This document shows positions 36,983 to 47,601 of a stretch of DNA of 64,000 bases, piece after piece. The stretch is from positions 512,001 through 576,000 of the forward strand of contig OZ244905.1 in NCBI GenBank assembly GCA_965221695.1. The letters are read 5' to 3'. The notes under the pieces are model-generated. The model did not search any database. It saw only the letters and a program-made list of their open reading frames with translations, and was not told the DNA's origin. Origin of the DNA: Gammaproteobacteria bacterium (GTDB lineage Bacteria; Pseudomonadota; Gammaproteobacteria; Eutrophobiales; Eutrophobiaceae). How positions within the stretch are numbered: position 1 is the first letter of the stretch; each line of letters opens with the position of its first letter. The position numbers and the translations under genes were made by a program.

Positions 36983-38752
36983 ATGTATAAAATTTGCCTT
37001 TTGTTATCTATATCCATCAATATGCTTGCCGCGGCGGTAGCGCAAGAATTTCCGGGGCCAGACTGGCAGGATCAGAGGTCGCCGCTGGCCAGCCCCGACG
37101 CTTACCCTGGCGGCGAGCTCAGTTTCTGGTCAGGCCCCTTCCCCAAGAGTTTCAACTACTACCTGGACACCACCGTTACTTCCAGCTATCTTTTCAACCT
37201 GATGTATGAAAACCTGTTGAGTGTCAACGGGTTGAGCCTTGAATTTGAACCAGCCCTGGCTGCGTCATGGTCTGTTTCCCCGGATCGGCTGACGTTTGAG
37301 TTCAGGTTGGATAAACGGGCCCGTTGGAGCGATGGCGTCCCCATCAGCGCCCAAGACGTAGCATGGACTTATACGGCCGTAATGGACCCAAAAAACCTGA
37401 CGGGTCCACACAAAATAGCCTTCGAGCGATTTCATCCGCCGGAAGTCATCGATGCGCGCACAATTCGTTTCACGGCCCGAGAAGTTCATTGGAAGAACCT
37501 GCTTTCGTTGGGATCGTTCCATGTGCTGCCGGCCCATGCCTTCAAGGATCTGGATTTCAACAAGATTAACTTCGAGTTTCCGGTAGTGGCGGGACCCTAC
37601 GCCGTTGATTCGGTGCGGGAAGGCATTGCCCTGACACTGAAACGCCGCCAGGATTGGTGGCAGCGGAACAGGCCAAGCGCGCGCGGCACAGCCAATTTCG
37701 ATCGATTAAAATTCCGTTTTTTTGCTGAGCGTGAGAACGCGTTTGCTGAATTCAAGACCGGCAAGCTGGACTTCTATCCTGTTTCCACCGCCTCGCGTTG
37801 GGCCACGGAAACCCGCGGCAAGGCCTACGATAACAACTGGATCATCAAGCAGCAAGTATATAACTATCAGCCGATCGGCTTCCAGGGATTCGCCATGAAC
37901 ATGCGTCGGGAAAAGTTTGCCGACCGTCGGGTGCGCCTCGCTCTTGCTCACCTGCTGGACCGGGCCAGAATGAACCGGACAATCATGTATGAATCCTATT
38001 TTCTGCATCAATGCTATTTTGAAGACTTGTACGATGAACAAACGCCTTGTAGGGGGCCGGCAATCGGCTTCGACAAGGATGAGGCCCGGCGTCTGCTGCA
38101 AGTAGCCGGCTGGGAGGTCAACAAACAAACCGGATTGCTGGAAAAAAACGGCCAATCTTTTATCATTCATTTTCTGACACGCAGTCAGAGCTCGGATAAA
38201 TTTTTGGCAATCTACCAGGAAGACCTTAACGATGTCGGCATACAACTGGAAATCGTCAGAAAGGACTGGGCAGCCTGGATAAAGGACATGGATGAATTCA
38301 ACTTTGACATGACCTGGGCGGCCTGGAGCGCGGCCCTGTTCAAGGATCCGGAATCCCTGTGGCATTCAAGAGAAGCAGACCGGTCAGGCGGGCAAAACAT
38401 CACCGGTTATAAAAATTCCGACATCGATGCCATGATCGAGACTCTTAGAACAGAGTTCGATATCAATAAGCGGCATGTGATAATCAGGGAGATGGACGCG
38501 CGCCTTGCCAACGATATCCCTTATATCCTGCTCTGGAACCTGAACTACCGGCGCCTGTTGTACTGGAACAAGTTCGGCGCGCCTGTGACTGTGCTCCCCA
38601 AGTATGCCGGCGCGGCAGGCGCTTATTCATTCTGGTGGCTCGACGAGGATTCCGCAGCCGACCTCGAATATGCCCGAGAGATGGAGCTACCCCTCCCCGG
38701 CCGGAATGAAATCATTCATTTTGACGAGGTCTTTGCGCAGCCATTACAATGA
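36983..38752 (+). CDS. Peptide ABC transporter substrate-binding protein (family 5, YejA-like)
   Basis: Signal peptide; ASPDAYPGG, ARWSDGVPISAQDV and WNKFG motifs. Confidence 0.85.
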   Translation: MYKICLLLSISINMLAAAVAQEFPGPDWQDQRSPLASPDAYPGGELSFWSGPFPKSFNYYLDTTVTSSYLFNLMYENLLSVNGLSLEFEPALAASWSVSPDRLTFEFRLDKRARWSDGVPISAQDVAWTYTAVMDPKNLTGPHKIAFERFHPPEVIDARTIRFTAREVHWKNLLSLGSFHVLPAHAFKDLDFNKINFEFPVVAGPYAVDSVREGIALTLKRRQDWWQRNRPSARGTANFDRLKFRFFAERENAFAEFKTGKLDFYPVSTASRWATETRGKAYDNNWIIKQQVYNYQPIGFQGFAMNMRREKFADRRVRLALAHLLDRARMNRTIMYESYFLHQCYFEDLYDEQTPCRGPAIGFDKDEARRLLQVAGWEVNKQTGLLEKNGQSFIIHFLTRSQSSDKFLAIYQEDLNDVGIQLEIVRKDWAAWIKDMDEFNFDMTWAAWSAALFKDPESLWHSREADRSGGQNITGYKNSDIDAMIETLRTEFDINKRHVIIREMDARLANDIPYILLWNLNYRRLLYWNKFGAPVTVLPKYAGAAGAYSFWWLDEDSAADLEYAREMELPLPGRNEIIHFDEVFAQPLQ

Positions 38753-38814
38753 CAGTCCGGGCCAACCTGCCCAGCAGGTGGCCAGACAGCAACAACCCCT
38801 TTTACAATTCAGCA

Positions 38815-39858
38815 ATGGAACGTACCCACTACATAATCAGGCGCCTGCTGCTGGTGATTCCGACTTTCATCGGTATAACCCTGGCGTGTTTCGCCCTGTG
38901 CCAGTTTGTTCCCGGAGGGCCGGTGGAGCAGGCAATTATGGCGATGCGCGGCATCGGCGATGGCTCCGTCGATGCGGCAGCAAGCGCTGGGCCCAGCGGG
39001 ATTTCCCCTGAACAGCGCATGGCGCTGGAGCAGCATTTCGGATTTGACAAACCTCTACTGGAACGCTACTGGAAATGGCTGGTTGAAGACCGTATCGGCA
39101 TGTCGGTCGATTCCTACAAGTACCCGAACAAAACAGTGCTGCAACTTATTATCGAACGTTTCCCGGTATCGTTGATATTCGGCTTGACCGGTTTCTTCCT
39201 GACCTACCTGATCTGTGTCCCCCTGGGGATAGCCAAAGCCATTCGCCACGGATCCTGGTTTGACGTTTCCAGCAGTGTGCTGGTGTTTATCGGTTATGCC
39301 ATCCCCGCGTTCGCGTTTGGCATGTTATTAAAGATGTTCTTCTCAGGCACGACGGAAGGTCTGTGGGATATCTTCCCCGTTAGCGGTTTTACCTCAGAAA
39401 ACTTTGCTGAACTGTCCGCGCCGGACAAGGCCAAAGACCTGTTTATGCATATGTTCCTGCCGGTCACCTGCTATATGATTGGCAACTTTGCGGTACTCAC
39501 GCTACTCATGAAGAACAGCTTGCTGGAGCAGATCAGCCAGGACTATGTGCGCACCGTGCTGGCTAAGGGCGCTACCTTCAGGCGCGCCGTCTGGGGGCAT
39601 GCTTTTCGCAATTCATTAATTCCAATTGCCACCGGCTTCGGCAGTATTTTTACCTTGATCTTTGCCGGTTCGGTGCTGATTGAAAAGGTATTTGAAATCC
39701 CCGGCATGGGCCTGCTGAGCCTTGATGCCATCGTCAGCCGTGATTACATGGTGTTCATGGGCATTCTGGCGCTGACCTCCATGCTCGCTCTAATCGGCAG
39801 AATCTTCTCGGACATCTGTTACATGCTGATCGATCCACGCATACATTTTGACGCATGA
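38815..39858 (+). CDS. Peptide ABC transporter permease (YejB-like)
   Basis: YIIRRLLLVIPT, QFVPGGPVEQ, GFDKPLLERY and IDPRI motifs; ATG at 38815. Confidence 0.9.
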   Translation: MERTHYIIRRLLLVIPTFIGITLACFALCQFVPGGPVEQAIMAMRGIGDGSVDAAASAGPSGISPEQRMALEQHFGFDKPLLERYWKWLVEDRIGMSVDSYKYPNKTVLQLIIERFPVSLIFGLTGFFLTYLICVPLGIAKAIRHGSWFDVSSSVLVFIGYAIPAFAFGMLLKMFFSGTTEGLWDIFPVSGFTSENFAELSAPDKAKDLFMHMFLPVTCYMIGNFAVLTLLMKNSLLEQISQDYVRTVLAKGATFRRAVWGHAFRNSLIPIATGFGSIFTLIFAGSVLIEKVFEIPGMGLLSLDAIVSRDYMVFMGILALTSMLALIGRIFSDICYMLIDPRIHFDA

Positions 39859-41447
39859 GCGGCTGGTTTGATCCCATTACACGCAAGCGCTTGCAGCGGT
39901 TTCGCGAGTACAAACGGGCTTATTATTCCCTGCTGATCCTCGCGATTTTGTATGCCGCAAGTCTGATGGCGGAACTGTTCTGTAATGATCGTCCGTTGTA
40001 TGTGCATTATGAAGGCAAGTCCTATTTTCCCGTCCTGTTCTTCTACCCGGAGGATACTTTCACCGGCAACGGGCGCATGACTCGTCCGGACTACAAAACG
40101 ATCAACATGTCCTCCGCATTCAATAAAAACGAGGACAACCACATGGTGTTCCCGCTGGCGCCATTCGGTCCCAACGAGATCATCAAGGCTTCCTCCATCC
40201 CAGTTGGAGATGAGGTGGAAATCCGGGTGCGGCAGGCTCCCAGAGTGGCGTCCGTTAACATCGACAGAGATTTCATCATTCATCGGGAGCAGCGCGCAGC
40301 GTGGTTTTTTTCTCCGGATAAGGACAGACGCTCCATAGTCGGTCTTGATTTCAATGCCATCTACCCGCTCCCAGCGCCTTTTGTCGACGCGCTGGAACTG
40401 CGCTTCGCAAACCAGCCCGCTGCCCCCTATTCCATAAGGCGTCGATCCGGATCGGACGCAGCAGAAGTGGAACTAAGCTTGTCGCCCTATAAACCACGCG
40501 CCAGGCCGCCTGACACAGCGCGGGTATTGTTGCGGGAAGCAACGGGAGAAAGTTTGCGGGAAAACTGGCTTTATACGCCTGACGACCAACGAATCAACGC
40601 CGGCAGCGCGTTATGGGAGTCCCTGCCGGCAGAAAGTAAAGAACAACTGCGCGCGCGCGCCGCTGCGCGTATGGATGCCCCCGTCAGCGACCTGCTGCTG
40701 GAACATAATGGAGCGCAATACCGTATAACCTTTTTCAAGGAGGACGTGCGTTTCCCGTTGCGACCGATCGGCCCGCACCTGTTCGGACTGGACGACTCCG
40801 GTCGGGACGTATTTGCGCGTATCTTTTACGGTCTGCGCACATCGCTTAATTTCGGTCTGTTGCTGGTGGTCACATCAATGCTGATAGGTGCCATTATCGG
40901 CGCGCTTCAGGGCTACTACGGCGGCAAGATTGACCTTACAGGCCAGCGCCTGACTGAAATCTGGGAGGCATTGCCGTTCCTGTACGTGCTGATACTACTG
41001 GGATCTGTCTACGGTCGCAGTTTTATCCTGTTACTGCTGGTTTATGGCCTGTTCAATTGGATTGGCATTTCCTATTACATGCGCGCCGAATTCCTACGCT
41101 TGCGCAACCAACAGTTTGTCGAAGCCGCCCAGTGTCTGGGATTGCCGGATCGGAAGATTCTGTTTCGGCACATACTACCCAATGCGCTGACACCGTTGAC
41201 GACGTTTTTCCCGTTCTCGCTGGTCGGCGCCATCGGCACGCTTGCCGCGCTGGACTACCTGGGGTTCGGCTTGCCGCCTCCCACCGCTAGCTGGGGGCAA
41301 CTGCTGGCACAGGCCCAAGGACAAGCGTACTGGTGGCTGATCCTGTACCCGAGCCTGGCGTTGTTCCTGGTCATTCTACTTTGTGTCTTCATCGGCGAGG
41401 GAGTGCGCAATGCCTTCGACCCCAGGAAGTTTACGCGCCTGGAGTAA
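39855..41447 (+). CDS. Peptide ABC transporter permease (YejE-like) with a large periplasmic insertion
   Basis: HLFGLDDSGRDVFAR, QGYYGG, LDYLGFGLPP and GEGVRNAFDPR motifs; ~190-aa extra soluble segment. Confidence 0.88.
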   Translation: MSGWFDPITRKRLQRFREYKRAYYSLLILAILYAASLMAELFCNDRPLYVHYEGKSYFPVLFFYPEDTFTGNGRMTRPDYKTINMSSAFNKNEDNHMVFPLAPFGPNEIIKASSIPVGDEVEIRVRQAPRVASVNIDRDFIIHREQRAAWFFSPDKDRRSIVGLDFNAIYPLPAPFVDALELRFANQPAAPYSIRRRSGSDAAEVELSLSPYKPRARPPDTARVLLREATGESLRENWLYTPDDQRINAGSALWESLPAESKEQLRARAAARMDAPVSDLLLEHNGAQYRITFFKEDVRFPLRPIGPHLFGLDDSGRDVFARIFYGLRTSLNFGLLLVVTSMLIGAIIGALQGYYGGKIDLTGQRLTEIWEALPFLYVLILLGSVYGRSFILLLLVYGLFNWIGISYYMRAEFLRLRNQQFVEAAQCLGLPDRKILFRHILPNALTPLTTFFPFSLVGAIGTLAALDYLGFGLPPPTASWGQLLAQAQGQAYWWLILYPSLALFLVILLCVFIGEGVRNAFDPRKFTRLE

Positions 41448-41459
41448 ACGAACCAAATC

Positions 41460-43133
41460 ATGGGAACATCTGACAAACTGCTTTCCGTTAACGACCTCAC
41501 CGTGCATTTCGACACCGACGAAGGCATTGTCGAGGCGGTAAACGGGCTCAACTTGGAGCTTCGACCTGGAGAAATAGTCGGATTGGTGGGCGAGTCCGGT
41601 TCCGGTAAGACGGTGACCGCACAGAGTATATTGCGCCTCGTCCCGCGCCCGCCCGCCCGCTTCGTCAGCGGCACGGCCATTTATCGGGACGAAGACCTGC
41701 TGACGCTCCCTATTGAGCGCTTAAGGCGCTTGCGCGGCGCAGAGATCAGCATGATCTTCCAGGAACCGATGACTGCGCTCTCACCCTTGCACCGGATCGG
41801 CCGGCAACTAGGCGAGATGCTGCGTTTCCACACCAACCTTGAAGGTAAACAAGCCTGGAACTTTTGCGTGGAATGGCTGGACAAGGTGGGCATACCTGAC
41901 CCTGAGGAACGGATGACCTTCTTTCCCCATCACCTGTCCGGCGGCATGCGCCAGCGCGTCATGATCGCCATGGCGCTGATGCTGAAACCTCGACTGATCA
42001 TCGCCGACGAACCTTCAACTGCTCTGGACGTGACAGTGCAAGCGCAGATCTTCAGATTGTTAATGCGAATGAAGGAGGAAGACACGTCGATGTTGCTGAT
42101 CACCCACGACTTGGCGGTGGTCTGGGAGATGTGCGATCGCATTTATGTCATGAAGAACTCGCGACTCGTCGAACAGGGCGATATCGAACCTGTTTTCAGG
42201 AAACCTGCTCATGCATACACCCGTTCATTGCTGCAGGCCGTGCCGCGACTCTACGGGCCTGAGGACAAGAGACAGGGACCAGGAGACAGAACAGAGAAAT
42301 GGGCGCGCGGTGAGCAGGATTTAATCCGAGCGAAAAATCTGCGAGTCTGGTTTCCGATAAAAAAAGGCCTGTTGGCGCGCGCGGCCGGCTATGTCAAGGC
42401 CGTTGATGATATCAACCTGACCATCACCAAAAGCTCGACAGTGGGACTGGTGGGCGAATCGGGGTCCGGAAAAACCACCCTGGGACGGGCAATCATCGGC
42501 CTGCAAGCTATCAATAACGGCAGTATTATGTTTGAAAAGACGGAAATAAGCAGGCTGAAGAAAGCGCGCATGAAGCCCTGGCGACGCAACCTGCAGATGA
42601 TCTTCCAAGACCCTTATTCATCGTTGAACCCGCGTATGACGGTTATGGATATTTTAACCGAGGGACTCAAGGAACACGGTCTGCTGGACATGCCAAAGCC
42701 GGATAAGGCCGCGCAACTGCTGGAAGAAGTCGAGCTCCAGGCGGATATGGCAAACCGCTACCCATTCGAATTCTCCGGTGGCGAGCGCCAGCGTATCAGC
42801 ATCGCCCGGGCGCTGTCACTGGAGCCAAAGTTCATCGTCTGCGACGAGGCCGTCAGCGCATTGGACGTCACCATACAAGCGCAGATCATCGATATGCTGC
42901 GCCGCTTACAGGCTCGCCACGGCATCGCCTACCTGTTCATCTCCCATGATCTGAGTGTTGTCAGGCAGCTTGCAGAGCAGATACTGGTAATGCGCCAGGG
43001 GAAGATTGTGGAACGCGGCAGGACAGAAGATGTCATCTTCAACCCGAAACAGAAATACACCCGCGCGCTACTGGATGCGGTACCCGTTCCGGGCGATCAT
43101 GAACGCCGGCGACGGCTACGTGAACGCGCATGA
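41460..43133 (+). CDS. Peptide ABC transporter fused double ATPase (YejF-like)
   Basis: Two GESGSGKT Walker A motifs; LSGG/FSGG signatures. Confidence 0.9.
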   Translation: MGTSDKLLSVNDLTVHFDTDEGIVEAVNGLNLELRPGEIVGLVGESGSGKTVTAQSILRLVPRPPARFVSGTAIYRDEDLLTLPIERLRRLRGAEISMIFQEPMTALSPLHRIGRQLGEMLRFHTNLEGKQAWNFCVEWLDKVGIPDPEERMTFFPHHLSGGMRQRVMIAMALMLKPRLIIADEPSTALDVTVQAQIFRLLMRMKEEDTSMLLITHDLAVVWEMCDRIYVMKNSRLVEQGDIEPVFRKPAHAYTRSLLQAVPRLYGPEDKRQGPGDRTEKWARGEQDLIRAKNLRVWFPIKKGLLARAAGYVKAVDDINLTITKSSTVGLVGESGSGKTTLGRAIIGLQAINNGSIMFEKTEISRLKKARMKPWRRNLQMIFQDPYSSLNPRMTVMDILTEGLKEHGLLDMPKPDKAAQLLEEVELQADMANRYPFEFSGGERQRISIARALSLEPKFIVCDEAVSALDVTIQAQIIDMLRRLQARHGIAYLFISHDLSVVRQLAEQILVMRQGKIVERGRTEDVIFNPKQKYTRALLDAVPVPGDHERRRRLRERA

Positions 43134-44767
43134 ACAGGCCGGCGACCAGATTCATTCTCAGAGCGGGCCTTATCGCCTTTTTTCCGCTGATTGCATGCTG
43201 CGGATTCAACCACGAAAACAACGTTGAAAGCGGTACTCGCCAAGGCATACTGCATGTCGGCAACGGCGACGAACCCAGGGAACTCGACCCACATGTCGTC
43301 ACCGGCGCCATTGAACACAACCTTTGTCTGGCGCTGCTGGAAGGACTGTTGGGACGCGACCCGGAAAACCTGAGCATCGTCCCCGGCGTCGCCAACGCCT
43401 GGCAGGTGAGCGAGGACGGCAAGATATACCGTTTTGACCTGCGCGCTGACGCAAAGTGGTCCAATGGCGACCCGGTTACAGCCGCGGATTTCGTTTATTC
43501 ATGGCGCCGGGCGCTGCTCCCCGCCCTGGGCAACAACTACGCCTACATGCTGTTTTATATCAGCAACGCGGAGCGCTTCCACCAGGGAGAAATAACGGAT
43601 TTCTCCAAGGTAGGCGTGCGCGCGCCCGATGACCATACCCTGGTGGTCGAACTCGACAACCCGACGCCATTTTTCCTGCAATTACTCACCCATATGAGCT
43701 ATTTCCCCGTCCATAAGACGACCATCGAGGCATTCGGCGCGGCGGACGAGCGCGGGACTCGCTGGACCCGTCCTGGCAACCACGTTGGCAACGGCCCATT
43801 CAAACTGAAGGAATGGACGCTGAACCGTAACATCGTAGTGGACAAGAACGAATATTACTGGGATGCCGATCAGGTGAAATTGCAGGGTATTGTTTTTTAT
43901 CCGATCCAAAATGTCACCACAGAAGAGCGCATGTTCCGCGCCGGCCAACTGCACCTGACCATTAGCGCGCCGCTCGACAAGGTGGCGTATTACCGCAGCG
44001 AACGACCGGAACTCATCAGGATTTTTCCTTTTTTCTCCACCTACTACTACCAGTTCAATACGCTTGTCCCGCCGCTTAATCAGTTGAAAGTCAGACAAGC
44101 GCTGGCCATGTCCATCGACCGGCGGCTGATAGTGGAAAAAATCACCAAATCGGGAGAAATCCCGGCATTCAGTTATACGCCACCTGACGCCAACGGTTAT
44201 ACGGCGCGCGCGCGCGTGGTCCATGATGTGGAACGAGCCAGGGAATTACTGGCCGAAGCCGGTTATCCCGATGGTCAGGGCTTCCCGGCTCTGGAGTTGG
44301 TGTATAACACTTCCGAGGGACACCGCCGCATAGCTATAGCCATCCAGCAGATGTGGAAGTCCGCTCTGAATATCGACCTTACACTGTCGAACCAGGATTG
44401 GAAGGTTTACTTGGACAAACGCGATAGCGGCGACTACCAGGTCGCTCGCGCCGGCTGGATCGGCGATTATCTGGATCCCAACACTTTTCTCGATATGTAT
44501 ACGACGCACAGCGGCAACAACGATACCGGCTGGTCGAACCCGCGCTATGACGCGCTGATCGCTCAGGCCGGTAAAACCACGGACCGGGAACGCCGCTTTG
44601 CCCTGTTCCAGGAAGCCGAGGCCATCCTCATGGCCGAACTGCCTATCGCTCCCATCTACACGTACATGAGCAAATCGCTGGTCTCACCGGATGTGCGTGG
44701 CTGGTATCCGAATATCCTGGACATTCATCCATACAAGTATATTTCCTTGGCCGCCCACCCGAAATAG
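43130..44767 (+). CDS. oppA: Oligopeptide ABC transporter substrate-binding protein
   Basis: Lipoprotein-like signal; EPRELDPH, AKWSNGDPVTAADF, GNGPF and RAGWIGDYLDP motifs. Confidence 0.88.
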   Translation: MNRPATRFILRAGLIAFFPLIACCGFNHENNVESGTRQGILHVGNGDEPRELDPHVVTGAIEHNLCLALLEGLLGRDPENLSIVPGVANAWQVSEDGKIYRFDLRADAKWSNGDPVTAADFVYSWRRALLPALGNNYAYMLFYISNAERFHQGEITDFSKVGVRAPDDHTLVVELDNPTPFFLQLLTHMSYFPVHKTTIEAFGAADERGTRWTRPGNHVGNGPFKLKEWTLNRNIVVDKNEYYWDADQVKLQGIVFYPIQNVTTEERMFRAGQLHLTISAPLDKVAYYRSERPELIRIFPFFSTYYYQFNTLVPPLNQLKVRQALAMSIDRRLIVEKITKSGEIPAFSYTPPDANGYTARARVVHDVERARELLAEAGYPDGQGFPALELVYNTSEGHRRIAIAIQQMWKSALNIDLTLSNQDWKVYLDKRDSGDYQVARAGWIGDYLDPNTFLDMYTTHSGNNDTGWSNPRYDALIAQAGKTTDRERRFALFQEAEAILMAELPIAPIYTYMSKSLVSPDVRGWYPNILDIHPYKYISLAAHPK

Positions 44768-44776
44768 CGTCTGCTC

Positions 44777-45709
44777 ATGTTTAGCTTTATCATCCGACGT
44801 CTATTGCAGGCTATCCCCACGCTGTTTGTGGTGTGTCTGATCACCTTCCTGTTGATCCACGCGGCGCCTGGCGGACCGTTCTCGGAGGAGAAAGCGGCGC
44901 CGCCGGAAGTCATCGAACGGCTGAATGAACGTTACAAGCTGGACCAACCGATTCATATCCAGTTCTATGACTACATCAGCCGCGCCGCGCTAGGAGACTT
45001 GGGCCCCTCGTTCAAATATCCCGGAAGATCGGTAAATGAAATCATCGCCGCCGGTTTCCCCGTGACGCTGGAACTAGGCTGTTACGCCCTGCTGTTCGCA
45101 TTGCTGCTAGGTATAGGCAGCGGTGTCTGCGCATCTCTGCGCCCGAACTCCTGGCAGGACTACTTCCCCATGACGTTTGCAACCCTGGGCATCTGCTTGC
45201 CCGCGTATGTGCTGGGACCGTTTCTTGCGCTGGCTTTCGGCATCTGGTTGGAATGGCTGCCTGTGGCCGGTTGGGGTCTGATACCTGGCGATAAAATCCT
45301 GCCTTCCGTTACCCTGGGCTCCGTTTATGCCGCCTACATCGCACGATTGACCCGAGGCAGTATGCTGGAAACCCTGTCCCGGGATTTTATCCGCGCCGCC
45401 CGCGCCAAGGGCCTGCCTGAGGCGATCATCATCTTCCGCCATGCCCTGCGCGTTGGCTTATTGCCGATTGTATCTTTCCTTGGTCCGGCTCTGGCGGGCC
45501 TGCTCAGCGGTTCCTTTGTGGTTGAAACCATCTTCCAGGCTCCTGGTCTGGGCCGTTACTTTGTACAGGGAGCCTTCAACCGAGATTACACATTGATACT
45601 GGGCACAACCCTGCTGTTTGCATCGCTGATTATTGTGTTCAATCTCATAGCCGACGTAATACTTGCCTGGCTTGACCCCAAGCTGCGCGATGAGATCGTT
45701 CATGGCTGA
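44777..45709 (+). CDS. oppB: Oligopeptide ABC transporter permease
   Basis: APGGPF, GDLGPSFKY and GSFVVETIF..PGLGRYFV motifs. Confidence 0.9.
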   Translation: MFSFIIRRLLQAIPTLFVVCLITFLLIHAAPGGPFSEEKAAPPEVIERLNERYKLDQPIHIQFYDYISRAALGDLGPSFKYPGRSVNEIIAAGFPVTLELGCYALLFALLLGIGSGVCASLRPNSWQDYFPMTFATLGICLPAYVLGPFLALAFGIWLEWLPVAGWGLIPGDKILPSVTLGSVYAAYIARLTRGSMLETLSRDFIRAARAKGLPEAIIIFRHALRVGLLPIVSFLGPALAGLLSGSFVVETIFQAPGLGRYFVQGAFNRDYTLILGTTLLFASLIIVFNLIADVILAWLDPKLRDEIVHG

Positions 45710-46559
45710 ACGACCGAACCTCATTGGCGTCTCGCCTCGCCAGGATGCCTGGCGCAGGTTGAAAAAGAACAAGCCAGCCATGTTCGGACTGGTGACACTG
45801 GCTGTCCTGATCATTCTGGCTGTTTTTGCCCCTTGGCTCACGCCCTACTCCTATTCGGCCCAAGACCTGGAACTCGGACCCAGCCCTCCTTCGGCACAGC
45901 ACTGGCTGGGCACTGACCTGTTTGGACGCGACCTCTTGACCAGGATGCTCTATGGCAGCCGCGTATCGTTGATGGTAGGCTTCATCGCTACCGCGGTTGC
46001 GCTGCTAATTGGTGTGACCTGGGGCGCCCTCGCCGGTTACTTTGGAGGTCGCATCGACGCCTCAATGATGCGCATCGTAGATGTACTGTATGCGCTGCCC
46101 TTCACCATTTTCATCATCCTGCTGATGGTCGTGTTCGGCAATAACATCATCCTGCTGTTTCTGGCCATCGGCGCCGTGGAATGGTTGACCATGGCGCGTA
46201 TCGTGCGCGGCCAGACGCTGCACGTTAAACAGCAGGATTTTATCGAGGCAGCCGTCAGCCTCGGGTTGACCCGCGTGCAGATCATCAGCAAACATGTGAT
46301 ACCCAACATTATGGGGCCGGTGATCGTATATGCGACGCTGACCGTTCCCAACGTCATCCTGCTGGAATCATTCCTCAGCTTCCTGGGCCTTGGCATTCAA
46401 CCGCCGCAAAGCTCATGGGGCTTGCTTATTGCATACGGTGTGGAAACCATGGAGGAATATCCCTGGCTACTACTGTTCCCGGCGGCGCTGCTGTCGCTGA
46501 CGCTGTTCTCGCTTAACTTTCTCGGCGACGGTCTACGCGATGCGATTGGCAGCAGGTAA
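45702..46559 (+). CDS. oppC: Oligopeptide ABC transporter permease
   Basis: HWLGTDLFGRDLL, MARIVRGQ, ESFLSFLGLG and NFLGDGLRDA motifs; ATG at 45702. Confidence 0.9.
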   Translation: MAERPNLIGVSPRQDAWRRLKKNKPAMFGLVTLAVLIILAVFAPWLTPYSYSAQDLELGPSPPSAQHWLGTDLFGRDLLTRMLYGSRVSLMVGFIATAVALLIGVTWGALAGYFGGRIDASMMRIVDVLYALPFTIFIILLMVVFGNNIILLFLAIGAVEWLTMARIVRGQTLHVKQQDFIEAAVSLGLTRVQIISKHVIPNIMGPVIVYATLTVPNVILLESFLSFLGLGIQPPQSSWGLLIAYGVETMEEYPWLLLFPAALLSLTLFSLNFLGDGLRDAIGSR

Positions 46560-46564
46560 ATAAA

Positions 46565-46683
46565 GCCACAGACAGCACAGAGTTAAGGAATCTCAATTTT
46601 AGAGAGCGCTTCCCTAAGAATATCCGCCATAATCCGAACTGCCCCACCCCGATCAACTCTATGATCTCTGTGTACTCTGTGGC
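46565..46683. repeat. Intergenic element bounded by imperfect inverted repeats
   Basis: GCCACAGACAGCACAGAG ... CTCTGTGTACTCTGTGGC. Confidence 0.55.
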
Positions 46684-46763
46684 AATACTTAACTACGAAT
46701 GTACAAATAATTTTTTGCATGGCAAAATGTGTGTATGTGTACCAGGACATTGAGGGGAAAACC

Positions 46764-47549
46764 ATGGGTCTGTTAGCAGGTAAACGCGCGCTCATCGTTG
46801 GGGTTGCAAGCAATCGATCCATCGCGTGGGGGATTGCCGGGGCGATGCACCGGGAAGGGGCAGAACTGGCCTACACCTACCAGAATGAAAAACTGCAGGG
46901 GCGGGTTGAAAAGTTCGCCGAGGAAACGGGTTCAGATATCACACTGCCCTGTGATGTGGCCAGCGATGCGGCAATCAATGAGATGTTCACCAGCCTCGGT
47001 GAGCGCTGGCCGCAACTGGATATCCTGGTCCATTCCGTCGCGTTTGCCGACCGGGAGTTGTTGGAGGGCGATTACCTGGGCAGCATCACCCGGGAAGGTT
47101 TCCTTAATGCCCAGGATATCAGCGCTTACAGTTTTGCCGCGCTGGGCAGGGGCGCCCGCCCGCTGATGCAGGGCCGTAACGGCGCGATGCTGACTCTCAC
47201 CTATATCGGCTCGGTCAGGGCCATGCCCAACTACAACGTGATGGGGATCGCGAAGGCCAGCCTTGAGGCCAACGTGCGTTACATGGCGGCTGATCTGGGC
47301 CCGGAAGGCATACGCGTCAATGCGATCTCGGCGGGTCCGATACGAACGCTGGCCGCATCGGGCATCAAGGGGTTAAGAGGCTTTCTCAACCATGTGGAGA
47401 AGGTCTCTCCACTGCGCAGGAACGTTACCATCGAAGAAGTCGGTAACGTGGCCGCGTTCCTCTGTTCCGATCACGCCTCAGCGGTCACCGGAGAGATCAC
47501 CTATGTCGATTGCGGTTATAACGTGGTCGGCAGCGAGGGGCAGGAATAA
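46764..47549 (+). CDS. fabI: Enoyl-ACP reductase
   Basis: [21 protein letters not shown] and AGPIRTLAA motifs; ATG at 46764 after GAGG. Confidence 0.96.
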   Translation: MGLLAGKRALIVGVASNRSIAWGIAGAMHREGAELAYTYQNEKLQGRVEKFAEETGSDITLPCDVASDAAINEMFTSLGERWPQLDILVHSVAFADRELLEGDYLGSITREGFLNAQDISAYSFAALGRGARPLMQGRNGAMLTLTYIGSVRAMPNYNVMGIAKASLEANVRYMAADLGPEGIRVNAISAGPIRTLAASGIKGLRGFLNHVEKVSPLRRNVTIEEVGNVAAFLCSDHASAVTGEITYVDCGYNVVGSEGQE

Positions 47550-47601
47550 CACTGCGCCACCACCCAAACAACCATATCTCAACTAACAGGATTCCCTGAC
47601 C

